Assembly (NCBI GenBank): GCA_031291875.1
Contig: JARLIE010000183.1
Coordinates: forward strand, 65,356-129,355
Source of the DNA: Minisyncoccota bacterium
Lineage (GTDB): Bacteria; Patescibacteriota; Minisyncoccia; Phycocordibacterales; UBA2100
DNA: 64,000 nucleotides
Direction: 5' to 3'
The translations under genes and the position numbers were made by a program. Below the pieces are notes generated by a model, which was not told where the DNA came from, searched no databases, and saw only the letters and a program-made list of their open reading frames with translations. This document shows, in pieces, positions 10,143 through 18,963 of the stretch (position 1 is the stretch's first letter; every line of letters begins with the position of its first letter).

Positions 10143-10789
10143 GCGAGAAGCTCAATCACGCGCATCACGCAAGCATCTTCCACCCGCGCGATGCGAAGCC
10201 CACTACCATCATCGGCGTGGGTGCAGTAGGGAGCCTGGTAGCAGACGCCCTGTCCAAGGTGGGGGTGAGAGATATCACGGTCTGGGATAACGACACGGTC
10301 GCCTCTCACAACTGCTCGATGTCGCTCTATCGTCCACAGGATGTCGGCAAGTTGAAAGTCTGCGCGCTCGCGGAAATACTCGAGCAGCATTCGGGCATCG
10401 TTCCAAAGACTCACGAATGTGACTACCGCGGTGAGGCGCTTCGACACACGAGCGTGGTTGCATGCGTCCATAGCATGCCGGCACGCAAATTGATCTGGGA
10501 CTCCGTTCTAATGAATCCAAGTGTCGATATTTTCTGCGACTCCCGAACGGGCGGGGCATACATTGAAGTGTACGCCATCAACCCGTGCGACCGCAGGGAC
10601 ATCGATCGATACCAATCGCTGCTCTTCGAGGAATCGGAGCGCACCGAGCACTCGTGTGGTAATCACGGCATCATCTACGGCTCGCTCACTGCCGCTTCGG
10701 CGGTTGTGGCGAACCTTACGCGCTACTGGAAAACTGGCGAGAAACAGTGGCGCTACGCGTTGCGCAGTGATATGCTCTCGCCGGCTTGA
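10139..10789 (+). CDS. ThiF/MoeB/E1-family adenylyltransferase
   Basis: IIGVGAVGS nucleotide-binding loop, ITVWDND, DVGKLKV, DSR and a candidate catalytic Cys in HSCG. SD AAGGAG precedes the ATG at 10139. Confidence 0.88.
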   Translation: MSEKLNHAHHASIFHPRDAKPTTIIGVGAVGSLVADALSKVGVRDITVWDNDTVASHNCSMSLYRPQDVGKLKVCALAEILEQHSGIVPKTHECDYRGEALRHTSVVACVHSMPARKLIWDSVLMNPSVDIFCDSRTGGAYIEVYAINPCDRRDIDRYQSLLFEESERTEHSCGNHGIIYGSLTAASAVVANLTRYWKTGEKQWRYALRSDMLSPA

Positions 10790-10808
10790 AACGAGGAGTA
10801 AACCAGCC

Positions 10809-11045
10809 ATGAAAGTGAAGGTCGAAATCACTCCGGTCACGGGAAATCCCCACGAAACCGAGGTGGAGGTACCGGAAGGCTCGTCGGTGGAGGAAATCCT
10901 GAAGGCCGCCAATTGCGGCACGAAGGGCTTCAACCTCTTCCTCAACAACGAACCGGTGCAAGCGTCGTCGAAAGTCGACAGCACCATCACCCTCAAAGCG
11001 GTCGAGATCAAAATCACCGCGACTGAGCGCGTTGCAGGTTCCTGA
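10809..11045 (+). CDS. Ubiquitin-like / MoaD-ThiS beta-grasp protein, 78 aa
   Basis: MKVKVEITP...EVEVPEGSSVEEILKAAN...LFLNNEPV...ITATERVAGS fits a beta-grasp pattern. SD GAGGAG. This is the 3' part of track ORF 10521..11045. Confidence 0.78.
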   Translation: MKVKVEITPVTGNPHETEVEVPEGSSVEEILKAANCGTKGFNLFLNNEPVQASSKVDSTITLKAVEIKITATERVAGS

Positions 11046-11071
11046 TTCGCAGCTATCGCTGCAACATGTAA

Positions 11072-11110
11072 AAATTGGCGATCACCATCGTGTGATCGCC
11101 AATTTCTTTG
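11072..11110 (+). terminator. Intrinsic terminator-like hairpin after the Ubl gene
   Basis: AAATTGGCGATCAC-N6-GTGATCGCCAATTT followed by CTTT. Confidence 0.65.
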
Positions 11111-11177
11111 GGAAACCCTCGGTTTCCCAAATCCTTCCTCCACGGGAAACCGGTAGGTTTCCCGACCCCTTCCTCCT
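11107..11177. repeat. Tandem pair of REP-like hairpins
   Basis: GGGAAACC-ctc-GGTTTCCC and GGGAAACC-ggta-GGTTTCCC, each followed by CCTTCCTCC. Confidence 0.7.
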
Positions 11178-11220
11178 GCAAGTGGCTGAAATGCCACTGC
11201 CGATATACCAAGGGGGTGTG

Positions 11221-11379
11221 CTACTTTTTCTGCTCCTTGTGGACCGTCTGGGCGCGGCACCACTTGCAGAACTTCTTGATCTCGATTTTGCGCTCTACGA
11301 GCTTTCGGTTCTTGCGCGACCAATAGTTGACGCGGCCGCACTTCGTGCACGCGAGTTTGATGAGCTGATCCTGCGACAT
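11221..11379 (-). CDS. rpmG: 50S ribosomal protein L33, zinc-ribbon type
   Basis: Hand translation MSQDQLIKLACTKCGRVNYWSRKNRKLVERKIEIKKFCKWCRAQTVHKEQKK, 52 aa. Below the ORF-track length cutoff. Confidence 0.93.
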   Translation of the reverse strand: MSQDQLIKLACTKCGRVNYWSRKNRKLVERKIEIKKFCKWCRAQTVHKEQKK

Positions 11380-11413
11380 AGTCGCGGCACTATAGCGCAC
11401 GCCTAAGCTTCGG

Positions 11414-11842
11414 TCAACCGCGCGGCACGAACGGCAAGGAAGCGCTCTGCTGGCTGCAAAGATTGTTCCAACTGCTGTTGTTGGTGAGGGCCGACATTAT
11501 GACGCTCACAATGATCCAGGCCGAGATGATGAGTACAAGGCCTCCGGTTACATATTTGAAGATATTCTTGGCTCGTTTGACCTGGGCGGCATTGCCGCTC
11601 GATGAACCCACGACCAGCTGCCAGCCGGCCCAGGCGAAAAGGATCGCCGAGAGGAAAATGGCAACGAAAATGCCGTCATTGAGGAGGTTTTGGGCAAGTG
11701 TTGCGAGGTCGCAAATCGACTGACAGCCACCCGGCTGATTGCAATCAGACGGGACAACCTGCTGCAACCCGAGCGCCGAGGCGGCAAACGGTGCCAACAT
11801 GACGAGCGTCATGAGAGTCGCGATCATGGCCCTTCTCTTCAT
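11414..11842 (-). CDS. TrbC/VirB2-like pilin (CPR type)
   Basis: Signal peptide, Cys-containing loop, two TM helices joined by GNAAQVKRAKNIF. Confidence 0.7.
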   Translation of the reverse strand: MKRRAMIATLMTLVMLAPFAASALGLQQVVPSDCNQPGGCQSICDLATLAQNLLNDGIFVAIFLSAILFAWAGWQLVVGSSSGNAAQVKRAKNIFKYVTGGLVLIISAWIIVSVIMSALTNNSSWNNLCSQQSASLPFVPRG

Positions 11843-11897
11843 GTAAAATATTGTAGCACGGGCGAAAATACGGCATACTGTGCGGGTTCGCGAATAC

Positions 11898-11980
11898 GCG
11901 TCGGTGGCGGAGTGGTCAAACGCACTTGGCTGTAAACCAAGCGGCTTCGGTCTACGCAGGTTCGAATCCTGCCCGGCGCA
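11898..11980 (+). tRNA. tRNA-Tyr(GTA)
   Basis: GCGTCGGTGGCGGAGTGGTCAAACGCACTTGGCTGTAAACCAAG...GGTTCGAATCCTGCCCGGCGCA. Confidence 0.95.
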
Positions 11981-12145
11981 CAAAATGCCAAAACCCGAGC
12001 ATGTCTCGGGTTTTGTGCGATTTTGTAGCTGCCGGGCAGGATTCGAAAGACGGAGGCGGGGGTCCCCGCAAGCTTGCGGGGCGCCGAGTCGGGGTCGCGG
12101 AATTTTCTTTGCTGGTAAAGAAAATATCCGTGACCGAATGCTCCC
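11981..12145 (+). repeat. tRNA-3'-anchored structured element, copy 1
   Basis: Shares a 27-nt identical core and TATCCGTGACCGA with 21662..21828. Positions 12031..12047 are the exact reverse complement of tRNA-Tyr 11961..11977. Confidence 0.85.
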
Positions 12146-12237
12146 CAAGCAGCGCTAAAAATGAGAATGATACAAATGGAGAGAACTAAAGAAAAGCCGC
12201 CTAGCTAAGGGCGGCTAATCTTTTTGTTTTAGAGCGT

Positions 12238-14925
12238 CTATACCCGAGCGGCAGCACGAGCACGCACACTGCGCTCTCGCGCCGGGCCCTTGCGAACGTC
12301 GAACGAAAATTCGTCGTTCTTCCAGTCGACGGAGATCGCTCCCCCTTCGAGGACACCTCGGGCGACCATCATATTGGCGACAGGCGTGAGAATCTTGGTT
12401 TGAATCAAGCGCTTCAAGGGACGTGCGCCGTACTGCGGGTTGTAGCCTTCCTTGGCGAGCTGCTCGATGGAGGCATCGCTGAAGCTGAGTGTGATCTGCT
12501 TTTCTTCGAGACGCTTCGCAACGATGTCGGTCTGCATGCGAACGATATCGAGAATCGCTTCGTGCGAGAGAATATTGAAGAGGATGGTGTCGTCCAGACG
12601 ATTGAGGAATTCCGGACGGAAGTACTCTTTGAGCGAATCGGTGACTTTGTTCTTCACCTGCTCGTAGCGCTCACCTTCCGAAACACTCGCACCGCTTGCG
12701 AATCCCAGACCGGACATCTTGTCGATGTGTTCCGCGCCAATGTTCGAGGTCATGATGATGACACAATTCTTGAAGTTGACTGTGCGGCCCTTGGCGTCTG
12801 TCAGACGGCCATTGTCGAGAACCTGCAGCAAGATATTGAAGACTTCCGGGTGCGCCTTTTCGATTTCATCGAAGAGGATGACCGAGTACGGGCGGTGTCG
12901 CACAAGTTCGGTGAGCCCGCCGCCTTCGTCGTAGCCGACATACCCAGGCGGTGAGCCGATCATCTTCGAAACCGAGTGCTTCTCCATGTATTCGGACATG
13001 TCGACTCGAATGAGCGATTTGTCGCTATTGAAGAGGAATTCCGCAAGTGCGCGGGTGAGCTCCGTCTTGCCGACGCCGGTGGGGCCGAGGAAGAGGAACG
13101 AGCCGACCGGACGATTCGGGTCTGAGATGCCTGCACGAGAGCGCTTGATTGCATCGGAAACTTTCTGCACCGCCTCGTCTTGACCGACAATACGCTTCCT
13201 GAGCTCCTCTTCCATACGGGAAAGTTTCTCCGCTTCTTCTTCGAGCATGCGGGAGACCGGGACACCCGTCCAGCGCGAAACCACGCCGGCGATATCCTCG
13301 GCAGTGATCTCCTCCTTGAGCACGCGCCTCGTAGTTTGGAGCTTCTTCAGACGCTTGGTTGCCGTTTCGATATCTCGTTCCAAATTCGGGATACTCCCGT
13401 AGCGGATTTCAGCGGTCTTGGTTAGATCGCCCATGCTCTCGGCGGTGTCGGCGTCGATACGAGCCTGTTCGAGCTCGCCCTTTGCCTTCTTGATCTCGGC
13501 GAGGGTCTCCTTCTCATTCTTCCATTTCATTTCGAGCTCGCGGGTGGAGTCGCGCAAGTCGGCGATCTCCTTTTCGATCGATTGTACGCGCGTCAAAGCC
13601 TTCTCGACACCTTCGTCGGCTTCTTTCTTGAGTGCTTCCTTTTCAATCTCCAAGCGAGTGATTTGGCGGTGGGCATCTTCGAGTTGCGGTGGCATATTCT
13701 CGAGCGAGAGGCGGAGCGCAGAAGCGGCTTCGTCGATAAGGTCGATCGCTTTGTCCGGCAAAAAACGCTCCGTGATGTAGCGAGAGGAAAGCTGAACCGC
13801 CGAAACCATCGCGTCGTCAGTGATATGTACGCCGTGGTAGAGCTCGTAGCGCTCCTTGAGGCCGCGCAAAATAGCGACCGCGTCTTCGATTGAGGGTTCG
13901 TTTACGTAGACCGGCTGGAAGCGGCGCGTGAGCGCTGCATCGTGCTCGATGTGCTTTTGATATTCCTTGAGGGTGGTCGCGCCGATGACGCGGATCTCGC
14001 CACGCGCGAGCGCAGGCTTCAGCATATTGGATGCGTCCATAGAGCCTTCAGCGGCTCCGGCGCCAACGAGCGTGTGGATTTCGTCGATAAAGAGGATGAT
14101 CTTGCCTTCCGAGCGTTCGACTTCGCGCATAACAGCCTTGAGTCGCTCTTCGAACTCGCCGCGATACTTTGTACCGGCGATGAGGAGGCCGAGGTCGAGC
14201 TGCACGAGCTCTTTGCCACGCAATGACTCAGGAACGTCGCCCGCTGCCATTCTCGAGGCGAGACCTTCCGCGACGGCCGTCTTACCGACGCCAGCTTCTC
14301 CGATCAAGATCGGGTTGTTCTTGGTGCGTCTGGAGAGAATCTGAATGACGCGTGTAATTTCGGTATCACGACCGATAACCGGGTCGAGCTTGTTCTCGCG
14401 GGCGCGTTCGGTAAGGGAGCGCGCGAAGCGCGCGAGGGCTCGCGGTTTCGAAGAAGATTCCGCGTCGCGGATCTTCCCCTCTTTGATGTCGGTGAGAATG
14501 CGCGCGAGCGCAGTGCGGTCGATGCGGTAGCGAGCAAGCAGTTCTGAAGCCGGGCCCGGGTGTTCCGCAACCGCAAGCAGCAAGTGCTCGGGAGATACAA
14601 ACTGATCATTGAACGACGCCGAAATTCTCGGAGCCGCCTCGAACACGCGGACCAATTCCGGCGTTAGGTAGAGCTGAAAACTCGGAGAAACTGCCGTCGC
14701 GCCGCTTGATCCTTCGATCATTTCGAGTACGGAATCTGTCAGATGCGCGGTGTCGACCTCGACTTGTTCGAGCATCGGCAACACCATCGACTCCTCTTGC
14801 ATGAGGAGCGCCGCCAAAAGATGCAGCGTCGACACCTGATTATGGCCGCGTTCGACAGCAAGTTGATGCGCGCGATGCACGGCCTCTTTTGCCTTCGTTG
14901 TGTAGTTGTTGAAAGGGGTTGCCAT
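12238..14925 (-). CDS. clpB: ATP-dependent chaperone ClpB
   Basis: Two AAA+ modules ([16 protein letters not shown]), a long coiled-coil M domain and GARPLKR. Confidence 0.95.
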   Translation of the reverse strand: MATPFNNYTTKAKEAVHRAHQLAVERGHNQVSTLHLLAALLMQEESMVLPMLEQVEVDTAHLTDSVLEMIEGSSGATAVSPSFQLYLTPELVRVFEAAPRISASFNDQFVSPEHLLLAVAEHPGPASELLARYRIDRTALARILTDIKEGKIRDAESSSKPRALARFARSLTERARENKLDPVIGRDTEITRVIQILSRRTKNNPILIGEAGVGKTAVAEGLASRMAAGDVPESLRGKELVQLDLGLLIAGTKYRGEFEERLKAVMREVERSEGKIILFIDEIHTLVGAGAAEGSMDASNMLKPALARGEIRVIGATTLKEYQKHIEHDAALTRRFQPVYVNEPSIEDAVAILRGLKERYELYHGVHITDDAMVSAVQLSSRYITERFLPDKAIDLIDEAASALRLSLENMPPQLEDAHRQITRLEIEKEALKKEADEGVEKALTRVQSIEKEIADLRDSTRELEMKWKNEKETLAEIKKAKGELEQARIDADTAESMGDLTKTAEIRYGSIPNLERDIETATKRLKKLQTTRRVLKEEITAEDIAGVVSRWTGVPVSRMLEEEAEKLSRMEEELRKRIVGQDEAVQKVSDAIKRSRAGISDPNRPVGSFLFLGPTGVGKTELTRALAEFLFNSDKSLIRVDMSEYMEKHSVSKMIGSPPGYVGYDEGGGLTELVRHRPYSVILFDEIEKAHPEVFNILLQVLDNGRLTDAKGRTVNFKNCVIIMTSNIGAEHIDKMSGLGFASGASVSEGERYEQVKNKVTDSLKEYFRPEFLNRLDDTILFNILSHEAILDIVRMQTDIVAKRLEEKQITLSFSDASIEQLAKEGYNPQYGARPLKRLIQTKILTPVANMMVARGVLEGGAISVDWKNDEFSFDVRKGPARERSVRARAAARV

Positions 14926-14982
14926 TGATTTGGATTATACCATTAATTCTGATTTCGTAAAACTTAGGGCTAATAAAGGTCG

Positions 14983-15780
14983 TTACTTTTGAGTGGATAT
15001 AAGACTGGCGGGGACAAATCCCGAGGGTGATGACGTCCGCGAGACACCTGTGCTTACGCCGACGATATTCGCAGTTGAATCGATAATGACCGAACCAGGC
15101 TGTATTGCCGATGAATCTATGTCGGTGACGATAGCCTCCGGGAATTGAGTGCTTGAATCCGCTGGCATGATTTCGGTGACGAGGCCCTGCGAGATCCGTA
15201 CCGTACTGATCCCTTCTATCGCGATAACGAGCTGGCCGAGTACCGGCGCGTTTGCCGCCTTTTGTGCCGGCGTCCAGGTCATAGCCGGGCTCGATGTGGT
15301 CGCGGGCGAGAGGTACAAAAGTCCAGAGGAAGGATCGCGAGAGATCACGAATGCTCGGATCTTTGCCCCATCTTGTGTCTGGACGATAGCACTCGCCTGA
15401 TCGCCGAGAGAGTGTATGTCGGCGGCGATCGTGCCTGAGGCGTTGGTTACAACGCCGAGACCTTCAAACTGCGGTTGGTCGTCGAGCGAGTAAATGCGCA
15501 CGATAGAGGGAGAGATCTGCTTAACCGCTTGTGCGATCTGATCCGCTTCATTGACGATCACCGTCTTTTGCGTCGTTGCGGCGGATGCCGTCTGACTCTT
15601 GCTCGAGGTCGCGACCGTTTCGATCGTATTTTCTATCACTCGATTGACCGTTTCTGCGATCGCGGGCGGCGCCTGCTGCATCAAGGAGACAGTGACGATG
15701 CCGGTTGCGATCGAGGTAACGAAGCTGACGAGCAGAGTCAAGAGGACGATCTGGGATTTTGTCAGCTTCTCGATGTCCAT
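14983..15780 (-). CDS. Membrane-anchored HtrA/S1C trypsin-like protein, catalytic motifs degenerate
   Basis: N-terminal TM, AVKQISPSIVRI, GLGVV, IVTD..IQPGS, IVGV. Lacks GNSGG. Confidence 0.65.
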   Translation of the reverse strand: MDIEKLTKSQIVLLTLLVSFVTSIATGIVTVSLMQQAPPAIAETVNRVIENTIETVATSSKSQTASAATTQKTVIVNEADQIAQAVKQISPSIVRIYSLDDQPQFEGLGVVTNASGTIAADIHSLGDQASAIVQTQDGAKIRAFVISRDPSSGLLYLSPATTSSPAMTWTPAQKAANAPVLGQLVIAIEGISTVRISQGLVTEIMPADSSTQFPEAIVTDIDSSAIQPGSVIIDSTANIVGVSTGVSRTSSPSGFVPASLISTQK

Positions 15781-16997
15781 GCGGGCACTATAGCATGAGA
15801 CAAAAGTCGTGAAAAAGTCTCTCGAAAGTGAGTAATTTCTTTTCGTGTCGTCGCGCGTCCGAGCGAAATTCGGAGCGTGTTTTCTGCTCGCCAAAGCTCT
15901 GCGCCAAGCGCTTCTACGACATGTGAGGCTTTTTGTCCTTCGTTGCAGGCGCTCTTTGTTGATACGGCGAAGCCCTCATGGTCGAGCGCAAGCGTTAGAT
16001 ACTCGGAATGTATGTCCGGAATGGAGATGTTGAGCATGTGTGGCAGGGCGTGCTTAAGATCTCCATTGATAACAAGTCCTGGAGTATTCTCGGAGAGCTC
16101 ACGTGCAAGCGCATCTCGAAGCGTTTTGAGTCGCTTGGATTCGTCGTGACGCTCCCTTGCGACAAGCTCAAACGCCGCGGCAAAACCGACAGCCAGTGCG
16201 ACATTCTCCGTGCCGGCTCGCAACTCTCGCTCCTGCTTGCCTCCAAGCACGACTCCGGCAACGTTGGTGCGATTCGAAAGATATAAACAACCGACTCCGT
16301 GTGGTCCGTACAATTTCGACGCGCTGATTGAAAGCAGGTCAACCCCGAGCGAGTGTGCAACAGTCGGCTCGTACAGCGGCGCTTGCCCGGCATCCGCGTG
16401 GAAAATAACCCGCGTTCCGTGCTTTTCTTCGTGCAACCGGATCGCCTGCGCGATTTTACCCAGAGGCTGCACACTACCGATCTCGTTGTTTGCCCAGCCG
16501 ACCGAAACGAAAACGGTTTCAGGTTTCAAGACAGCGACAATCGACTCCGGGGTAATGATCCCCTTTTCGTTCGGCGAAACATGCGTAACAGAGCCGCCGA
16601 GTCGTTCTATTTCAGAGAAACACTCAAGCACCGACGAGTGTTCGATCGCGCTCACGATCCAATGGGTTCCATCGAGCGAACCGGACAGGGTCCGACCTTG
16701 TCCGCTAAAACCATCGACGAGCATTCGACGCGCGAATCCGACAATAGCCAGATTATTTGCCTCCGTAAGCCCCGATGTAAAAACGAGCTCGCGTGCCTTG
16801 ACCCCAAGCAACAGGGCGATCCGTTCGCGAGCGTCATTGAGCGCGTTCTTTGCAGCAACGGCTTCCGCGTGAATAGCGCCGGGGTTGCCGACCAGCTTCT
16901 CGGCTTCGCGCATCGCCTCAGCTGCTTCGTGCAAAAGAGGGGTCGCGCTCGCGTGATCCAAATACACTCGTGCGGGAGACGACTTTGAAAACCACAT
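15762..16997 (-). CDS. iscS: Cysteine desulfurase (IscS/NifS family)
   Basis: Motifs YLDHASATP, FTSGLTEANN, SASKLYGP (PLP Lys), RAGTENV, STKSAC (catalytic Cys). Start ATG at 16997. Confidence 0.9.
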   Translation of the reverse strand: MWFSKSSPARVYLDHASATPLLHEAAEAMREAEKLVGNPGAIHAEAVAAKNALNDARERIALLLGVKARELVFTSGLTEANNLAIVGFARRMLVDGFSGQGRTLSGSLDGTHWIVSAIEHSSVLECFSEIERLGGSVTHVSPNEKGIITPESIVAVLKPETVFVSVGWANNEIGSVQPLGKIAQAIRLHEEKHGTRVIFHADAGQAPLYEPTVAHSLGVDLLSISASKLYGPHGVGCLYLSNRTNVAGVVLGGKQERELRAGTENVALAVGFAAAFELVARERHDESKRLKTLRDALARELSENTPGLVINGDLKHALPHMLNISIPDIHSEYLTLALDHEGFAVSTKSACNEGQKASHVVEALGAELWRAENTLRISLGRATTRKEITHFRETFSRLLSHAIVPAWTSRS

Positions 16998-17082
16998 AGA
17001 ATGAGTATACTGTTTTTCGTCAAGCCGCCTACTGCGTCCTTCGAAAGCGTTAGCCAAAAAGGATGGCCGACTATGCAACCCT

Positions 17083-18591
17083 ATGACCTCAGCCAAACCA
17101 CAACAAGAAGCAGAGCGTCCGCCCGTCGTGGCGGTTTTAGGACACGTCGACCACGGTAAATCGACGTTGCTGGATTTCATCCGCAAATCGAGCACCGTCG
17201 CAAAGGAAGCGGGAGGCATCACTCAAAAGATCGCCGCCTACGAGATTGAGCGTGAGCGTGAAGGCAAGAATAAGAAAATCACGTTTATCGATACCCCAGG
17301 CCATGCTGCCTTCCAGGCCATCCGCAGACGCGGCGCTTCCGTCGCGGATATCGCGATTTTGGTCGTCGCCGCCGATGACGGTGTCATGGCGCAGACGCTC
17401 GAAGCCCTCCAGGAGATTCGCGACGCCAAGATCCCCTTCATCGTCGCGATCAATAAGATCGACAAACCAAACGCGGACCTGCAGCGCACCGTCTCTTCCC
17501 TCCTCGAACAAAACGTCTTCCTTGAGAAATACGGGGGCGACGTACCCTGGGTCGCGATCTCCGCGAAGCAAGGCACGGGCGTCGACGAACTCCTCGACCT
17601 GGTCTTGTTAGTCGCCGAGTTACAGGAGCTCACGGGAGATGCATCAGTCCCAGCGGAAGGGTATGTCATCGAAGCGCACCGCGACCAAAAGCGCGGCATG
17701 GCGGCAACGCTTATTATCAAGAATGGCTCGCTCAAAAGCGGTATGTTTGTGCTCGCTGGCACGGCGCTCTCGCCGGTGCGAATCATGGAGAACTTTGCCG
17801 GCAAACAAATCAAGGAAGCTAGTTTCTCTTCTCCGGTTCAGCTGATCGGCTTCGACGAGTTGCCAGAGGTCGGCAGCGCGTTCCACACCAGCGAGAAGAA
17901 AAAAGATGCCGAAACAGCACAGGAAGAAGCTCGCACGGCGCGCCCCAAACAAAACACGGTTTCCTCCGAGGCCAACCCGCAGCGCTTCTTAATGCCGCTT
18001 ATCATCCGAGTCGACACGCAAGGCTCGCTCGATGCGCTCCTCTTTGAACTTGCGAAAATCGGCGATGAATTCTCTGGCGTCAAAGTAGTTTCCGCTGGCA
18101 TTGGCACTATTTCCGAAAGCGACATCAAGACGGCGATCGCCTCCAAAGAACCGGCGACGGTGCTTGGCTTTAACGTCGGTATCGACTCGGTCGCACAAAC
18201 ACTAGCCGATCGCGACGGCATACGTGTCCAAACGTACGACATCATTTATAAACTCAGCGAAGGACTTACCGAGCTTTTGCAACAAACGAGGCCAAAGCGC
18301 TCGATCGAAGAGGTTGTCGGCAAGGCAAAAGTGCTCAAACAATTCTCAAGTCGTAAAGACGAGCACGTGATCGGCGGCGGCGTTACGAGCGGCTATATCG
18401 CGAAGAACGGTACGGTTCGCGTGCTTCGCCGCAACCTTTCGCTCGGCACCGGAAAAGTAACCAACCTTCAAAAGAACAAGCAGGACGTCGATCGAGCCCA
18501 GGAAGGCTCTGAATTCGGCGCGCAGATCGTTGCCGATTTCGAAATCGCACCGGGCGATGTGCTCGAATGTATCGTGACAAGAGTCGAATAG
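17083..18591 (+). CDS. infB: Translation initiation factor IF-2, short form without the N-terminal extension
   Basis: Motifs GHVDHGKST, GGITQ, DTPGH, NKID. Confidence 0.96.
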   Translation: MTSAKPQQEAERPPVVAVLGHVDHGKSTLLDFIRKSSTVAKEAGGITQKIAAYEIEREREGKNKKITFIDTPGHAAFQAIRRRGASVADIAILVVAADDGVMAQTLEALQEIRDAKIPFIVAINKIDKPNADLQRTVSSLLEQNVFLEKYGGDVPWVAISAKQGTGVDELLDLVLLVAELQELTGDASVPAEGYVIEAHRDQKRGMAATLIIKNGSLKSGMFVLAGTALSPVRIMENFAGKQIKEASFSSPVQLIGFDELPEVGSAFHTSEKKKDAETAQEEARTARPKQNTVSSEANPQRFLMPLIIRVDTQGSLDALLFELAKIGDEFSGVKVVSAGIGTISESDIKTAIASKEPATVLGFNVGIDSVAQTLADRDGIRVQTYDIIYKLSEGLTELLQQTRPKRSIEEVVGKAKVLKQFSSRKDEHVIGGGVTSGYIAKNGTVRVLRRNLSLGTGKVTNLQKNKQDVDRAQEGSEFGAQIVADFEIAPGDVLECIVTRVE

Positions 18592-18593
18592 CT

Positions 18594-18914
18594 ATGGTAC
18601 GCAGACCTGAACAAGCAAACGAATCCATCGCGCATTTGGCAGCGCAATTTTTAGCGCGTGAGTCGAACCACGAATCCTTGATTACGGTGACTCGTTCCGA
18701 AATGTCGCCTAATTACAAAAACGTGACCGTATTTCTTTCCATTTTGCCGATCGAGCAAAGCGAAAAGGCACTCGCCTTCGCGAAGCGCCTGCGAAGCGAC
18801 TTTCGCCAGTACTTGAAACAAAAAACCGCATTGCACCCGATTCCGACCGTCGATTTCGAAATCGATTTCGGCGAGCTGAATCGCCAGCGCGTCGACGAAC
18901 TCACCCGCAAGTAG
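18594..18914 (+). CDS. rbfA: Ribosome-binding factor A
   Basis: Follows infB. LITVTRSEMSP...IPTVDFEID...RVDEL matches the RbfA pattern. Confidence 0.85.
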   Translation: MVRRPEQANESIAHLAAQFLARESNHESLITVTRSEMSPNYKNVTVFLSILPIEQSEKALAFAKRLRSDFRQYLKQKTALHPIPTVDFEIDFGELNRQRVDELTRK

Positions 18915-18963
18915 GTGTTAATAACAAACGTGCCTTTCTCTTCAAAGCGGCTATAGTTGCCGG

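Noticed and set aside
10034-10808. Longer track starts for the E1 (10034) and Ubl (10521) genes
   Set aside because: SD motifs and the ATGA overlap support starts at 10139 and 10809. The extensions overlap upstream genes in other frames.
11032-11406. 124-aa plus-strand ORF that could be a fourth gene of the Ubl operon (for example the missing JAB)
   Set aside because: It is the antisense shadow of rpmG, runs across terminator hairpins and has no JAB motif.
15762-16997. IscS as partner of the ThiF/Ubl pair (sulfur-relay interpretation)
   Set aside because: It is about 5 kb away, in a different transcription unit and in core-gene context. The E2-like gene coupled to the E1 favours conjugation. 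A sulfur-carrier role is not formally excluded.
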